Made by a program: the position numbers and the translations under genes
Notes under the pieces: model-generated
Databases searched by the model: none
Seen by the model: only the letters and a program-made list of their open reading frames with translations
What the model was told of the DNA's origin: nothing
In this document: positions 52,963 through 64,000 of the stretch, one piece after another
How the letters are laid out: the number at the start of each line of letters is the position of its first letter
Numbering within the stretch: position 1 is the stretch's first letter
Assembly (NCBI GenBank): GCA_051294905.1
Contig: CM119371.1
Location: 16,742,001 to 16,806,000 of the forward strand
Length of the DNA: 64,000 bases
Reading direction: 5' to 3'
DNA from: Botryllus schlosseri
Taxonomy: Eukaryota

Positions 52963-55900
52963 GACTCAGAGTCATTGCAATGTGGCTTATTGGTATTGTT
53001 ATCGGGTGTGATGACATTCGATCTGCATCAAAATTACCGGCTATGATAATGTCTGTGGATCGATGTTTGTATACCAACACATTGCATGCAATGTCACACA
53101 CCTCCATTTACGCGTATACTGATGTGGGCAAACAAGCGCGACGTATGTCTGGATGGTATTTTTTCGTGGAAACACAGGGTGTAACATGTTTACTTTGAAT
53201 ATTGTTCATTGGTTTATCGATTCAGAGTTGATATCCGGATCCGGTTACATACTTTATCAGGGTTTCCGATTTCAAACTGAATGTCGAGACATGCATTGAC
53301 CAATAAAGACACAATATAGTAAACATGCGGGGGAAAACTCGACCTGGAATTGTTATCGCGATGGGTGACATAAATCCAACCGTTTTCCGAACACCGTTAT
53401 CCACATACCAACCATCGTCAAGGAGGTGTTTTATTCAGACATTTTGACTCTGGAAAATCCAAAGCACGAACCCGGACATCACAGAACTATCGAAGTCTAT
53501 TGTCCAATTTTCCAGAACATGCATTTCTGTGTACAAGAGCGCATTGCATGTGGGTAACCGACGATTTTGATGGGATGCACCAACACAAGTGAATATTTGA
53601 TTAGACAAATGTATCGGAGTCGTTGTTGGTGTATATTTTGTCGCTGTTCGCTGTAAGAAAATACAAAAATATCAAATTGTCGGTGTGGTTGTCAGATTTC
53701 AAAATGAAAATGGTTTTGTTACTCTAGGAAAAGCTAGATGACCAAGAGAAAATGTATTGTTACACTGGGTAAACGCCAGATCCCCAAAGGAAAATGATAT
53801 TTTTACTCAGGTAAACGACGGATCACCAAGTGAAAAAGGTTTGTAACCCAGGGAAAAATATATTTCCAAGCGAAAAAGATTTGTTACCCAGCGAAAAAAA
53901 TATATTTCCAAGTGAAAAAGGTTTGTTACCCAGGATAAAATATATTTGCAAGTGAAAAAGGTTTGTTGCTCAGGGAAAAAGGTTTGTTACCCGCGGAAAA
54001 AATATATTTCCAAGTGAAAAAGGTTTGTTACCCAGAGAAAAAATATATTTCCAAGTGAAAAAGGTTTGTTACCCAGAGAAAAAATATATTTCCAAGTGAA
54101 AAAGGTTTGTTAACCAGAGAAAAAATATATTCCCAAGTGAAAAAGGTTTATTACCAAGAGAAAAAATATATTTCCAAGTGAAAAAGGTTTGTTACTCAGA
54201 GAAAAAATATATTTCCAAGTGAAAAAGGTTTGTTACTCAGAGAAAAAATATATTTCCAAGTGAAAAAGGCTTATTACCAAGAGAAAAAATATATTTCCAA
54301 GTGGAAAAGGTTTGTTACCAAGAGAAAAAATATATTTCCAAATGAAAAAGGTTTGTTATCCAGGGCAAAAATAGATTTCCAAGTGAAAAGGGGTTTGTTA
54401 TTCAGGCCAAAAATAGATTTCCAAGTGAAAAGGGGATTGTTACACTGGGTAAACGATAAATCTCCAAAGGACAATGGTATTTTAGTTAGGTAACGGTGGA
54501 CCTCCAAGTGAAAATGATAATTTTACACAGGTAAACGTCAGTTGTCCAAACCAGAATGATATTTTTACTTGGATAGGTATCTTGTGTTCAACGCCGGTAG
54601 TGTGATTGGTCTTGTTAAACGTAGTTACCGAGTTGTACAATTATGAAGGGGCGGAAAATGAAATTGCTATTATGATCGTCAGAAGATTGTTGTATGTAGA
54701 TTTGACAGTAACCCTATCATTCGCATATGACAAACACAATCATGGCCATTAACTAACTTGCTCGGTCTAGATCAATGCAAAAGAGATGATTCGTTTTTTG
54801 AAACCGTAGCGAAGACCACATGTAAATCGATGTGATAGACTTCTATCTCCTTACAGTCAGTCGTGTCGTGTCCATTTTAATACGGGGCCCACGGGTATGA
54901 CATGCACACACTAACGCCGTGAACAGAAATCGATGATTTTGATTAATAAAAATATTTCTTGACTACATCGGAATGTCTATGTTGTAGAAAGTAAATACTT
55001 TTATGGTGTTGTGTGTTTAATGAAAGCGATTGGTTACAAGTATGTGTTGGAGAAAGAAAATTTATTTTTCTGTATGTGACGAAATGAAAATAGATTCGTG
55101 GTTTTAATTGGATTGCGCTGTTTAATGTACGTTTCAACAGGTAGACTTGACACTGAACAACAATTCGACCCACAAAGCATATTCGTTGTATGATTTGTCA
55201 CTGGTGTGTAAAGGGTTAGGAATATTTTGAATGATAATATCTACTAGCTGTTTTGTTGTGAGAGCGATCATGTGATGACTCAGCACTTTTCGTTAGCAAA
55301 GTAGATTGATCTATGTGAAAGATGTAAGAACCGTGGCTAGAAACATATGTACTTTGTTGTTGGGGAACTGCTATGGTGTTGACATAACCCTCTGGAAGTG
55401 AGTATGCTTTTCTTTCACGAAAGTTTACGTGGCTCCGTTGTAATAAATTTGTGTTGACTAAACTCGAATGGATACTGCAATTGTGCTGGACTTACACATG
55501 GTATTCGCATACTGTACACATACAAACTTTTGTGTAAACAACTCTGATGTTTCTGTTAGTACTAGTTCTGTGTTGAACTATTTGATTATTAAGATACATG
55601 AACACCCATTCAGACAATAAAGGTCTTGTGATATCGAAACAGTTTGTAGAGTCTAACCAACCATTCTTTAGTTTCGTAATGTGAGAATATCGAGTAAAGT
55701 TAATTACTTAGTGCGATGTTAATATCCTTCGTACTTTTGTAAGAGTTGTGGGATAACATACAAAGTAACTAATTGACACAAACAAAATGGTGATATTGTG
55801 AAGATGATGCCGCAACAAGTGATATTTTGTATCGGGTGTTTGTACTTTAGGAATAGCGGAGTGTGCGATATTTTGGATATGTGTGCACGGTTGTTAACTA

Positions 55901-58900
55901 CGGTTGTTCTTGGGTCTTGCGTTGAGTAAATCATAACTATGTCTAGAATTCAAACACATCCAAGTAAGTTCTTTAGTGACTATGATTACATCTACTTTGA
56001 CGAGAGGAAATGGGAAAATTAAAATGGATACTACTGACGAACAAAAAGTGCAAAATGGTTTTATCAGATTTAGGTGTAGGATATCTTTTCGATTTCTTTA
56101 CCAGAGTGTGTTTTACAAATATCTCTAGTACACCAACGTATAGGGTACAATTATCAAACGTCGTACAAATTGTTTATGCGACGGCAACGACTTTGGGTTA
56201 CTTGGTTTCGATCCTTTTGTAAAAGATTGTCGGACAATGGGGTTATAATCTTCTGTAATGATCGAGGTACGTGATCAAGTTTCCAATCAATTAATAATCG
56301 GACATACGACTTTGGTTTAACGAATCATAATATTTCTAAAATCATAAGACACAAATCGAAATTCATATCAATCAAGACCTTTGCATGCTTTGAGTTTTGT
56401 GATGGCGTTTATTTCACCTGATAGAAATGAGCTTGTATCAATAGTAGCACGAAACGCATTTATCATTTTCGGTGTTATTGTTCACCCACTTCGACTGGTA
56501 CTCGATGCCAAAAGTGATATTTTCTAATAACCTTTACCACAACATCGGGTCTAATTATCGTGAATACTTTAATAATCAAGTCGTGGTCGAGCATTACAAA
56601 ATCTCATATATCAAATCAATGTGTCAATCCTTATGTTTACAGTATGATACCTTTCAATGTAAAACCGGCGTTTGATTGTAAGAAATGAATTCTCAACTAC
56701 GTTGGTCAGGCATTCAAATCCGGTATACTCAAATGTAATATGTTAATCTCAAACCACACACCGAGTAGTATTTACTTTGGTTTATAAAATATATCAAGTA
56801 GTAATTACTTTGTCTTGCAAAATAGTAACGACTTTTACAGTTGAAAAACAAAAGACGCGTCGTAGGGATATGAATACAACCGAACTTGCTATGGATTTTG
56901 GATTGTAGTGATTACTCGCGTAGTCTTGTCTACTTTTCGTAAGGATACTGTTGAGTTGGTTGGGTAAGTTACAAACGGATTGAATTGACAAGGTTTTTTG
57001 TATTTTACTCTTTTGTTCATGGGAAGATGCTAAAATGTTGAGACGTAATACTATTTCCGTTCACTCGATTACAACAAAAAATAACCTGATAGTTTGTTCA
57101 AGGTTTCGACAAATAGATTGAAAAATTCCGATTTAACTCATCGCGTCGCAAGTCGATCGCGGTACGCACAAGTGGTTGTCAAGTTAGAAATATTTACAAC
57201 AGGTGCTATTTCATTGATTGATTCTATTGTGTGTAGTAACACATTAAAATATCGCGATAGTATTTACTGAAACTCTATTTGATAAACGGAAAGCAGGATC
57301 GTGAATAGAGTTGTAATGTAACATTACTTGTTTCAAAGTATAATCTTGAAATGTGGCTGGATCAAAGTTGGTAGTCATGTTTGTCAATCCTATTTCAATT
57401 CACACTATGTCAAAGTCCAAATATTTCATTTTGGATTATCTGGATTTATTTTTAGTACATCCCACGAATGGGTTCCGACGCCGCGCTATAACATTTTTGA
57501 TGATAAGGACTCGAGGATTTTCATGATAGAGTTGACGAGTGATAAGATGTGTGTTTTTGTTAAGAGTTTGATTTCAAGTTAATAAAGACAATAACTGTGT
57601 AATGAACATACTTGTGATTCTTGATTCTTGTAGAGTTATAGTTGGTATTGATTCTATAAGTGTGAAAACAGTGGTGCAGAATGTGCGAATAATTCGATGC
57701 GGCTGAAAGTCGGCGTCAGTAATATTCAGGTTATGGTCGAATCAAAAGATTTCTCAAAATAATTAGAATTGTACCGAATTAACCCATTCAGATACGAATC
57801 AACTTGGTTTGTGTAGTAAGTTTCATTTCAAGTTGTCAAATTGACACATTACTTGTATATTCACATGATTCTTATCATACAACTAAAGTCAACCACGTTC
57901 CGAAGTGTCAAAACATATAGCAAGCACCAGAAAGTGTCAAATTGTTGGTTTTCGAATCACCGTCTGCGACGGCTCTGTGACAAACTAATTACCGAAATAT
58001 TACCTTGTGAGCGATCGGTATGTCTTTAACACCAAGTCACTAAAATGGTTATGCCCGAGACATTATCTTGTCAGCGATCGCGGGGTTTTGCAAACTATTT
58101 CACACATTTTTTGAAGTGTTGGTTTGTGAACGCAGTTATTTGTTGATCGTTTTTCGTGTCGCTGCTGAATACCGAATACTCCTGAATGTAATAGTGCTGA
58201 CTGGATTAGTGGAATAATCGATACGATAGTGCGCGTTCGAAATCCTCACAACAGATCGCGTCTCCAAAGCGGACGTAGTTAGTGGGTCACACATATCAAA
58301 ACGCGCTCGCGAACATCTGTTTTTCAAAATCCCGCATTGTACTGCGGTTTAGTGAACTTCCCGTCGGAAATAAGTGACAATTTGTTGCTATTCAAGTTAC
58401 CCACACTGATGGTTCTGATAGTCGGTATTTATTAAATCTTACCAGTGAAATCTAGTTCTGTGACAAACTGATTACTAAAATTTCACCGCGTGAGCGATCG
58501 GTATGGCTATGACACCAAGTCGTGAAAGATGGGTATGTCCGAGACATTATCTTGTCAGTGGTCGCGGGGTTTTGCAAACTATTTCACACCTTTTTGAATA
58601 AGCGTTAACTTCACAAAGGATTACGGCTAGAATAGAAATAAGTGACAATTTGTTGGTATTCAAGTCTCGCCGGTGATGTATCTGTTATTCGGCACTTATT
58701 ACACTTATCATGAAATTAGAGTGAGAACATAAAGCATCAAGTTGTTGTTTTCGAATTTTGATGTCGAGTTGATAAATTTACGCATTAAATTACAATTCAA
58801 CTTCGGTTGTGTATTGAGTGATAGATCGATATGCCGGAAGTGGTATCTTGTGAGCGATCGTAGGATTTTACAAATATTTCACATCTTTTTGAAGTGTTAG

Positions 58901-59999
58901 TTTGCGAACGCGACTATTGTTGATATTCGAATCGCCGTCTGTCGCACGCACTGCGTAAATCCTCTTACAAGCCACGTTTCCGTTTGTGCGGATATTGTTG
59001 GTGACTATTCAACACCACGCGAGAGATGGTTGAAAGTGCGAATCACGACCGCACCCATAAGAACACATGGCGCATCACCACATATCTCGTAAGAATACAT
59101 GACACATCACCAGAGATACCATAAGAAACAATGGCACATCACCAGAGATCCCATAAGAACCATTGGCACATCACGAGCGATAGGGGGTCTGAAAGGGTAC
59201 CATCACCAACACGAGTTTTCATGGCGCATCACCGCCGCAGCCCATAGCAAAAAAGGCGAGTCACGACCACGAGTTTTCAGGCACATCACCGCCGCTGCCT
59301 ATACCCAAAAGTACGAATCACGACCCCGAGTTTTCAATACGAGTCACCACCACAGCCTATACCCAAAAGTACGAATCACGACCGCGTCCATAAGAACCCA
59401 TTACGAATCGCGGCCCCGAGGGGGGTCTGAAAGTACGAGTCGCCACCCCCGGTTTTCAATACGAATCGCCACCCCGCCATAAGAGCCCCATGCAAAAATT
59501 AGCCGTTCGCGAGCGATCTACTTAACTACTAATACCATGATCGATTTACATTCGTTGGTCACAAACTGTCACTACTCTAAATAATTATTTTTCACTCAAA
59601 CACAAAAACATACTTGTCGCCAATCGTTTTCATCAAGTACGAGTTCAAGAAACTTACTACGACATGAATTTTTATTTTTATGTTGTGTAAATAGGTAATA
59701 ATTTATTCAAGTAACACTATATCAACATCATCGAGTTGTGCTAATAGATTTACATGCGGTCTTGTGGTTTTCATCGGGACATACAGCACGAACTAACTGT
59801 AGACTCCTCTCTGTTGTACAGCTACTCGGTAATCGAAATGCATTAACATGTAAACAACGATCTTGTTTCGTCACACCAAAAATATGTTCACTGTCGCGAT
59901 ACTCCGCACAAGACGTGCATAGCCTTTGCACACTCGTAATAGTATACCAACGTCAAGCGATAACGTTTAACAAGACCAACGACACTGAACCCACGACGT

Positions 60000-60490
60000 T
60001 TACCTATGTAAAATTACCACTTTCACTTGCCAGTCCATCGTTTACCTGACTAAACATATTATTTTCCTTTGGAGATCTGACGTTTACCCGGAGTAAGAAA
60101 CCATTTTCACTTGTAAATATATTTTTTCCTTGGCTAACAAACCTTTTTTCACTTGTAAATATATTTTTTCTCTGGTTAACAAACCTTTTTCACTTGGAAA
60201 TATATTTTTTCTCTGGTTAACAAACCTTTTTCACTTGGAAATATATTTTTCCCTGGGTAACAAACCTTTTTTCACTTGGAAATATATTTTTTCTCTGGGT
60301 AACAAACCTTTTTCACTTGGGAATATATTTTTTCCCCGATCAACAAACCTTTTTCCCTTGGAAATATATTTTTTCCCCGAGCAACAAACCATTTTCACTG
60401 AGCAACAAACCCTTTTCTCCCCAGGCAACAAACCCTTTTCGTTTGGAAAACTATCATTTACCTGAGTACCAATACCATTTTCGTTTTGAA
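60000..60490. repeat. About 41-bp satellite in the E3 left arm (mirror at about 62899-63389)
   Basis: Same unit, shorter array. Confidence 0.9.
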
Positions 60491-61235
60491 AACTGACAAC
60501 TACACCGGTCAATTTGATATTTTTTGTATATTGTTACAACAGACAGTGACAAAATATACACCAACAACGACTCCGATACATTTGTGTAATCAAATATTCA
60601 CTTGCTCTGATGCATCCCATCAAAATCATTGGTTACTCACATACAATAACAATGTGCTGTTGTACATCGACATGTATGTTTTCGGAATTGGCGAATAAAG
60701 GGGTTTCTGATATGTCCGTGATGTCCGGGTTCGTGCTTTGGATTTTCCAGAGTCAAAATGTCTGAATAAAACACCTCCTCGACGATGGTTGGTATGTGGA
60801 TAACGGTGTTCGGAAAACGGTTGAATTTATGTCACCCATCGCGATAACAATTCCAGGTCGAGTTTTCCCCGCATGTTTACTATATTGTGTCTTTATTGGT
60901 CATGTATGTCTCAACATTCAGTTTGAAATCGGAAACTCTGATAAAGTACGTAACCGGATCCGGATATCAACTCTGAATCGATAAACCAATGAACAATATT
61001 CAAAGTAAACATGTTACACCCTGTGTTTCCACGAAAAAATACCATCCAGACATACGTCGCGCTTGTTTGCCCACACCAGTATATGCGTAAATGGAGGTGT
61101 GTGACATTGCATGCAATGTGTTGGTATACAAACATCGATCCACAGACATTATCATAGCCGGTAGTTTTGATGTAGATCGAATGTCATCACACCCGATAAC
61201 AATACCAATAAGCCACATTGCAATGACTCTGAGTC

Positions 61236-62153
61236 CGCGCTATGACATCGATATCTCGACACCGTTCACTGATTTATTCGATGGTGTTATCGCGTTGTAA
61301 CATTACAAGATAGTCATGACCCTATCTCCGGACAGACCACCCAGATCAATTGGATACATCGGTCAATATCCGTCGTGTTGTCGACACCGAAGTTTTCTGC
61401 TGCAGCGTTTGACCAATGTGAACTATCGAAGTACGGGTGCTCGAAATGATTGCGATCAGTCTTTCATTCACGATGCATGGATATCGCTACTCCCACATAA
61501 CGACTCCAAATAAATATCGTGCAAATCTCGGACTGATACTGTGATCCAATAAGGTGTGTTTCTGTGGAATGAAGACTGCAATCGTACACCACAATAGAAC
61601 ACTACCTCGTGATTTCACACGCAAGCATATTACACACTTTCGTAAGGGTCCAGTTCGTCCGGCGACATTTCGAAACGGTCATCGCCACAGGAGATCGAGG
61701 TTGGTCTCGTCATATCGGAGCATTTTGAAACTGTCATCACCACAAGGTTATTGACGTCGATTCTGTTGGTCATGTCAATCCGTTTCACAATCCACCGATT
61801 TTCAACTCCCCGCACCATAGTGTTACGACACAGACAAGAAGCGTCGGTGGAAATAATAAAACACGGAAAGCACACTTTGGTGTTATTTGACATGGATTTT
61901 ACACCCGACGAACCTTACATTCGAGCGATGCATTGGAATGACGCTTGTATTATTGACGTAGAAGGAACAGAAATGTATCGATTTATTGGTTTCGTACATA
62001 TCCAACAAAAACCAGGGTATGTGATTGTGCGTGGTTCGCATATTCGACTGTGAACGCTCTATTGGTATATGCTGTATAGTTCACTTTCACCGTCGTGCGA
62101 ATAACCCATGTTACGGTTCCATGTTTGTGTGTCTGTATGTCATGCTTCAGATT
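61236..62153 (+). other. E3 unique spacer, 918 bp, opposite orientation to E1 and E2
   Basis: ORF 61751..62053 (+) corresponds to 39495..39776 (-) and 52160..52456 (-). Confidence 0.85.
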
Positions 62154-64000
62154 GACTCAGAGTCATTGCAATGTGGCTTATTGGTATTGTTATCGGGTGT
62201 GATGACATTCGATCTACATCAAAACTACCGGCTATGATAATGTCTGTGGATCGATGTTTGTATACCAACACATTGCATGCAATGTCACACACCTCCATTT
62301 ACGCATATACTGGTGTGGGCAAACAAGCGCGACGTATGTCTGGATGGTATTTTTTCGTGGAAACACAGGGTGTAACATGTTTACTTTGAATATTGTTCAT
62401 TGGTTTATCGATTCAGAGTTGATATCCGGATCCGGTTACGTACTTTATCAGAGTTTCCGATTTCAAACTGAATGTTGAGACATACATGACCAATAAAGAC
62501 ACAATATAGTAAACATGCGGGGAAAACTCGACCTGGAATTGTTATCGCGATGGGTGACATAAATTCAACCGTTTTCCGAACACCGTTATCCACATACCAA
62601 CCATCGTCGAGGAGGTGTTTTATTCAGACATTTTGACTCTGGAAAATCCAAAGCACGAACCCGGACATCACGGACATATCAGAAACCCCTTTATTCGCCA
62701 ATTCCGAAAACATACATGTCGATGTACAACAGCACATTGTTATTGTATGTGAGTAACCAATGATTTTGATGGGATGCATCAGAGCAAGTGAATATTTGAT
62801 TACACAAATGTATCGGAGTCGTTGTTGGTGTATATTTTGTCTCTGTCTGTTGTAACAATATACAAAAAATATCAAATTGACCGGTGTAGTTGTCAGTTTT
62901 CAAAACGAAAATGGTATTGGTACTCAGGTAAATGATAGTTTTCCAAACGAAAAGGGTTTGTTGCCTGGGGAGAAAATGGTTTGTTGCTCAGTGAAAATGG
63001 TTTGTTGCTCGGGGAAAAAATATATTTCCAAGTGAAAAAGGTTTGTTGATCGGGGAAAAAATATATTCCCAAGTGAAAAAGGTTTGTTACCCAGAGAAAA
63101 AATATATTTCCAAGTGAAAAAAGGTTTGTTACCCAGGGAAAAATATATTTCCAAGTGAAAAAGGTTTGTTAACCAGAGAAAAAATATATTTCCAAGTGAA
63201 AAAGGTTTGTTAACCAGAGAAAAAATATATTTACAAGTGAAAAAAGGTTTGTTAGCCAAGGAAAAAATATATTTACAAGTGAAAATGGTTTCTTACTCCG
63301 GGTAAACGTCAGATCTCCAAAGGAAAATAATATGTTTAGTCAGGTAAACGATGGACTGGCAAGTGAAAGTGGTAATTTTACATAGGTAAACGTCGTGGGT
63401 TCAGTGTCGTTGGTCTTGTTAAACGTTATCGCTTGACGTTGGTATACTATTACGAGTGTGCAAAGGCTATGCACGTCTTGTGCGGAGTATCGCGACAGTG
63501 AACATATTTTTGGTGTGACGAAACAAGATCGTTGTTTACATGTTAATGCATTTCGATTACCGAGTAGCTGTACAACAGAGAGGAGTCTACAGTTAGTTCG
63601 TGCTGTATGTCCCGATGAAAACCACAAGACCGCATGTAAATCTATTAGCACAACTCGATGATGTTGATATAGTGTTACTTGAATAAATTATTACCTATTT
63701 ACACAACATAAAAATAAAAATTCATGTCGTAGTAAGTTTCTTGAACTCGTACTTGATGAAAACGATTGGCGACAAGTATGTTTTTGTGTTTGAGTGAAAA
63801 ATAATTATTTAGAGTAGTGACAGTTTGTGACCAACGAATGTAAATCGATCATGGTATTACAATATACGCTTTCGTCAACATAACGACTTGGTGTAGAAAT
63901 ACTTTCACGTTTTTTGAATAACTGGATGCTCGAGACTTGTTACTTGTACGATGTACCGTTGGTGTGCAAACTATAACGACCATTTTGTATGATAGTATGT

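Larger units (their letters stand above)
30825..59530. mobile_element. E2: giant-palindromic Polinton/Maverick-like element (14044 bp net) inserted in the E3 left arm
   Basis: AGTAGTTAAGTAGATCGCTCGCGAACGG...CCGTTCGCGAGCGATCTACTTAACTACT. 6-bp TSD AATACC (30819-30824 and 59531-59536). Arms are 6568 bp (30825-32510 plus 47173-52054; 52963-59530), spacer 52055-52962. Confidence 0.92.
26420..64000. mobile_element. E3: outer giant-palindromic Polinton/Maverick-like non-autonomous element; right end lies beyond the window
   Basis: Starts AGTAGTTATATAGATCGCTCG. Left arm 26420-30824 plus 59537-61235 (6104 bp), spacer 61236-62153, right arm from 62154 (mirror sum 123389). Only one candidate TSD copy, TCGAAG, is visible. 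Confidence 0.85.

Noticed and set aside
61751..62053. Resemblance of YRFIGFVH...GY to a ubiquitin-specific protease His box
   Set aside because: Too weak: there is no GHY motif and no Cys box. It would need a profile search.
61236..62153. Spacer inversion as a phase-variation switch
   Set aside because: With identical arms, a flipped spacer cannot be told apart from whole-element insertion in the opposite orientation. There is no evidence of switching here.
32511..64000. Giant palindromes as amplification or assembly fold-back artefacts
   Set aside because: Exact TSDs, conserved termini, three diverged spacers with the same boundary, empty sites in the opposite arms and arm mismatches all argue for real elements. 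Read-level confirmation is still advisable.
26420..64000. Autonomous Polinton, or functional genes among the many 60-190 aa ORFs
   Set aside because: No pPolB, integrase, ATPase, protease or capsid motifs were recognised. The ORFs are short, many derive from repeats, and they break differently among copies.

Overview
AT-rich eukaryotic, probably invertebrate, genomic DNA with two parts. (1) 1-26.4 kb holds the last four inferred coding exons of a host gene with a Pro-rich, Tyr-motif tail (+ strand, 2347-10109). Around it is a dense, partly nested set of transposons with readable target-site duplications (TSDs): a frameshifted hAT transposase element, many hAT-type and foldback MITEs, a 5'-truncated LINE and a tRNA-derived SINE. 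(2) 26.4-64 kb is made entirely of three related 13-15 kb elements nested one inside another (E3 > E2 > E1). E1 and E2 have AGTAGT...ACTACT termini and 6-bp TSDs, the Polinton/Maverick signature; E3 shows the same left terminus and its right end is outside the window. No Polinton gene is recognisable in any of them. Each element is a near-perfect giant palindrome: 6.1-6.9 kb arms around a homologous spacer of about 0.9 kb. Arms are almost identical within an element but diverged and mosaic between elements. My best reading is a self-targeting family of 'copy-back'-like defective Polintons; the mechanism is inference. All coordinates were read by eye, and no alignments or database searches were run.
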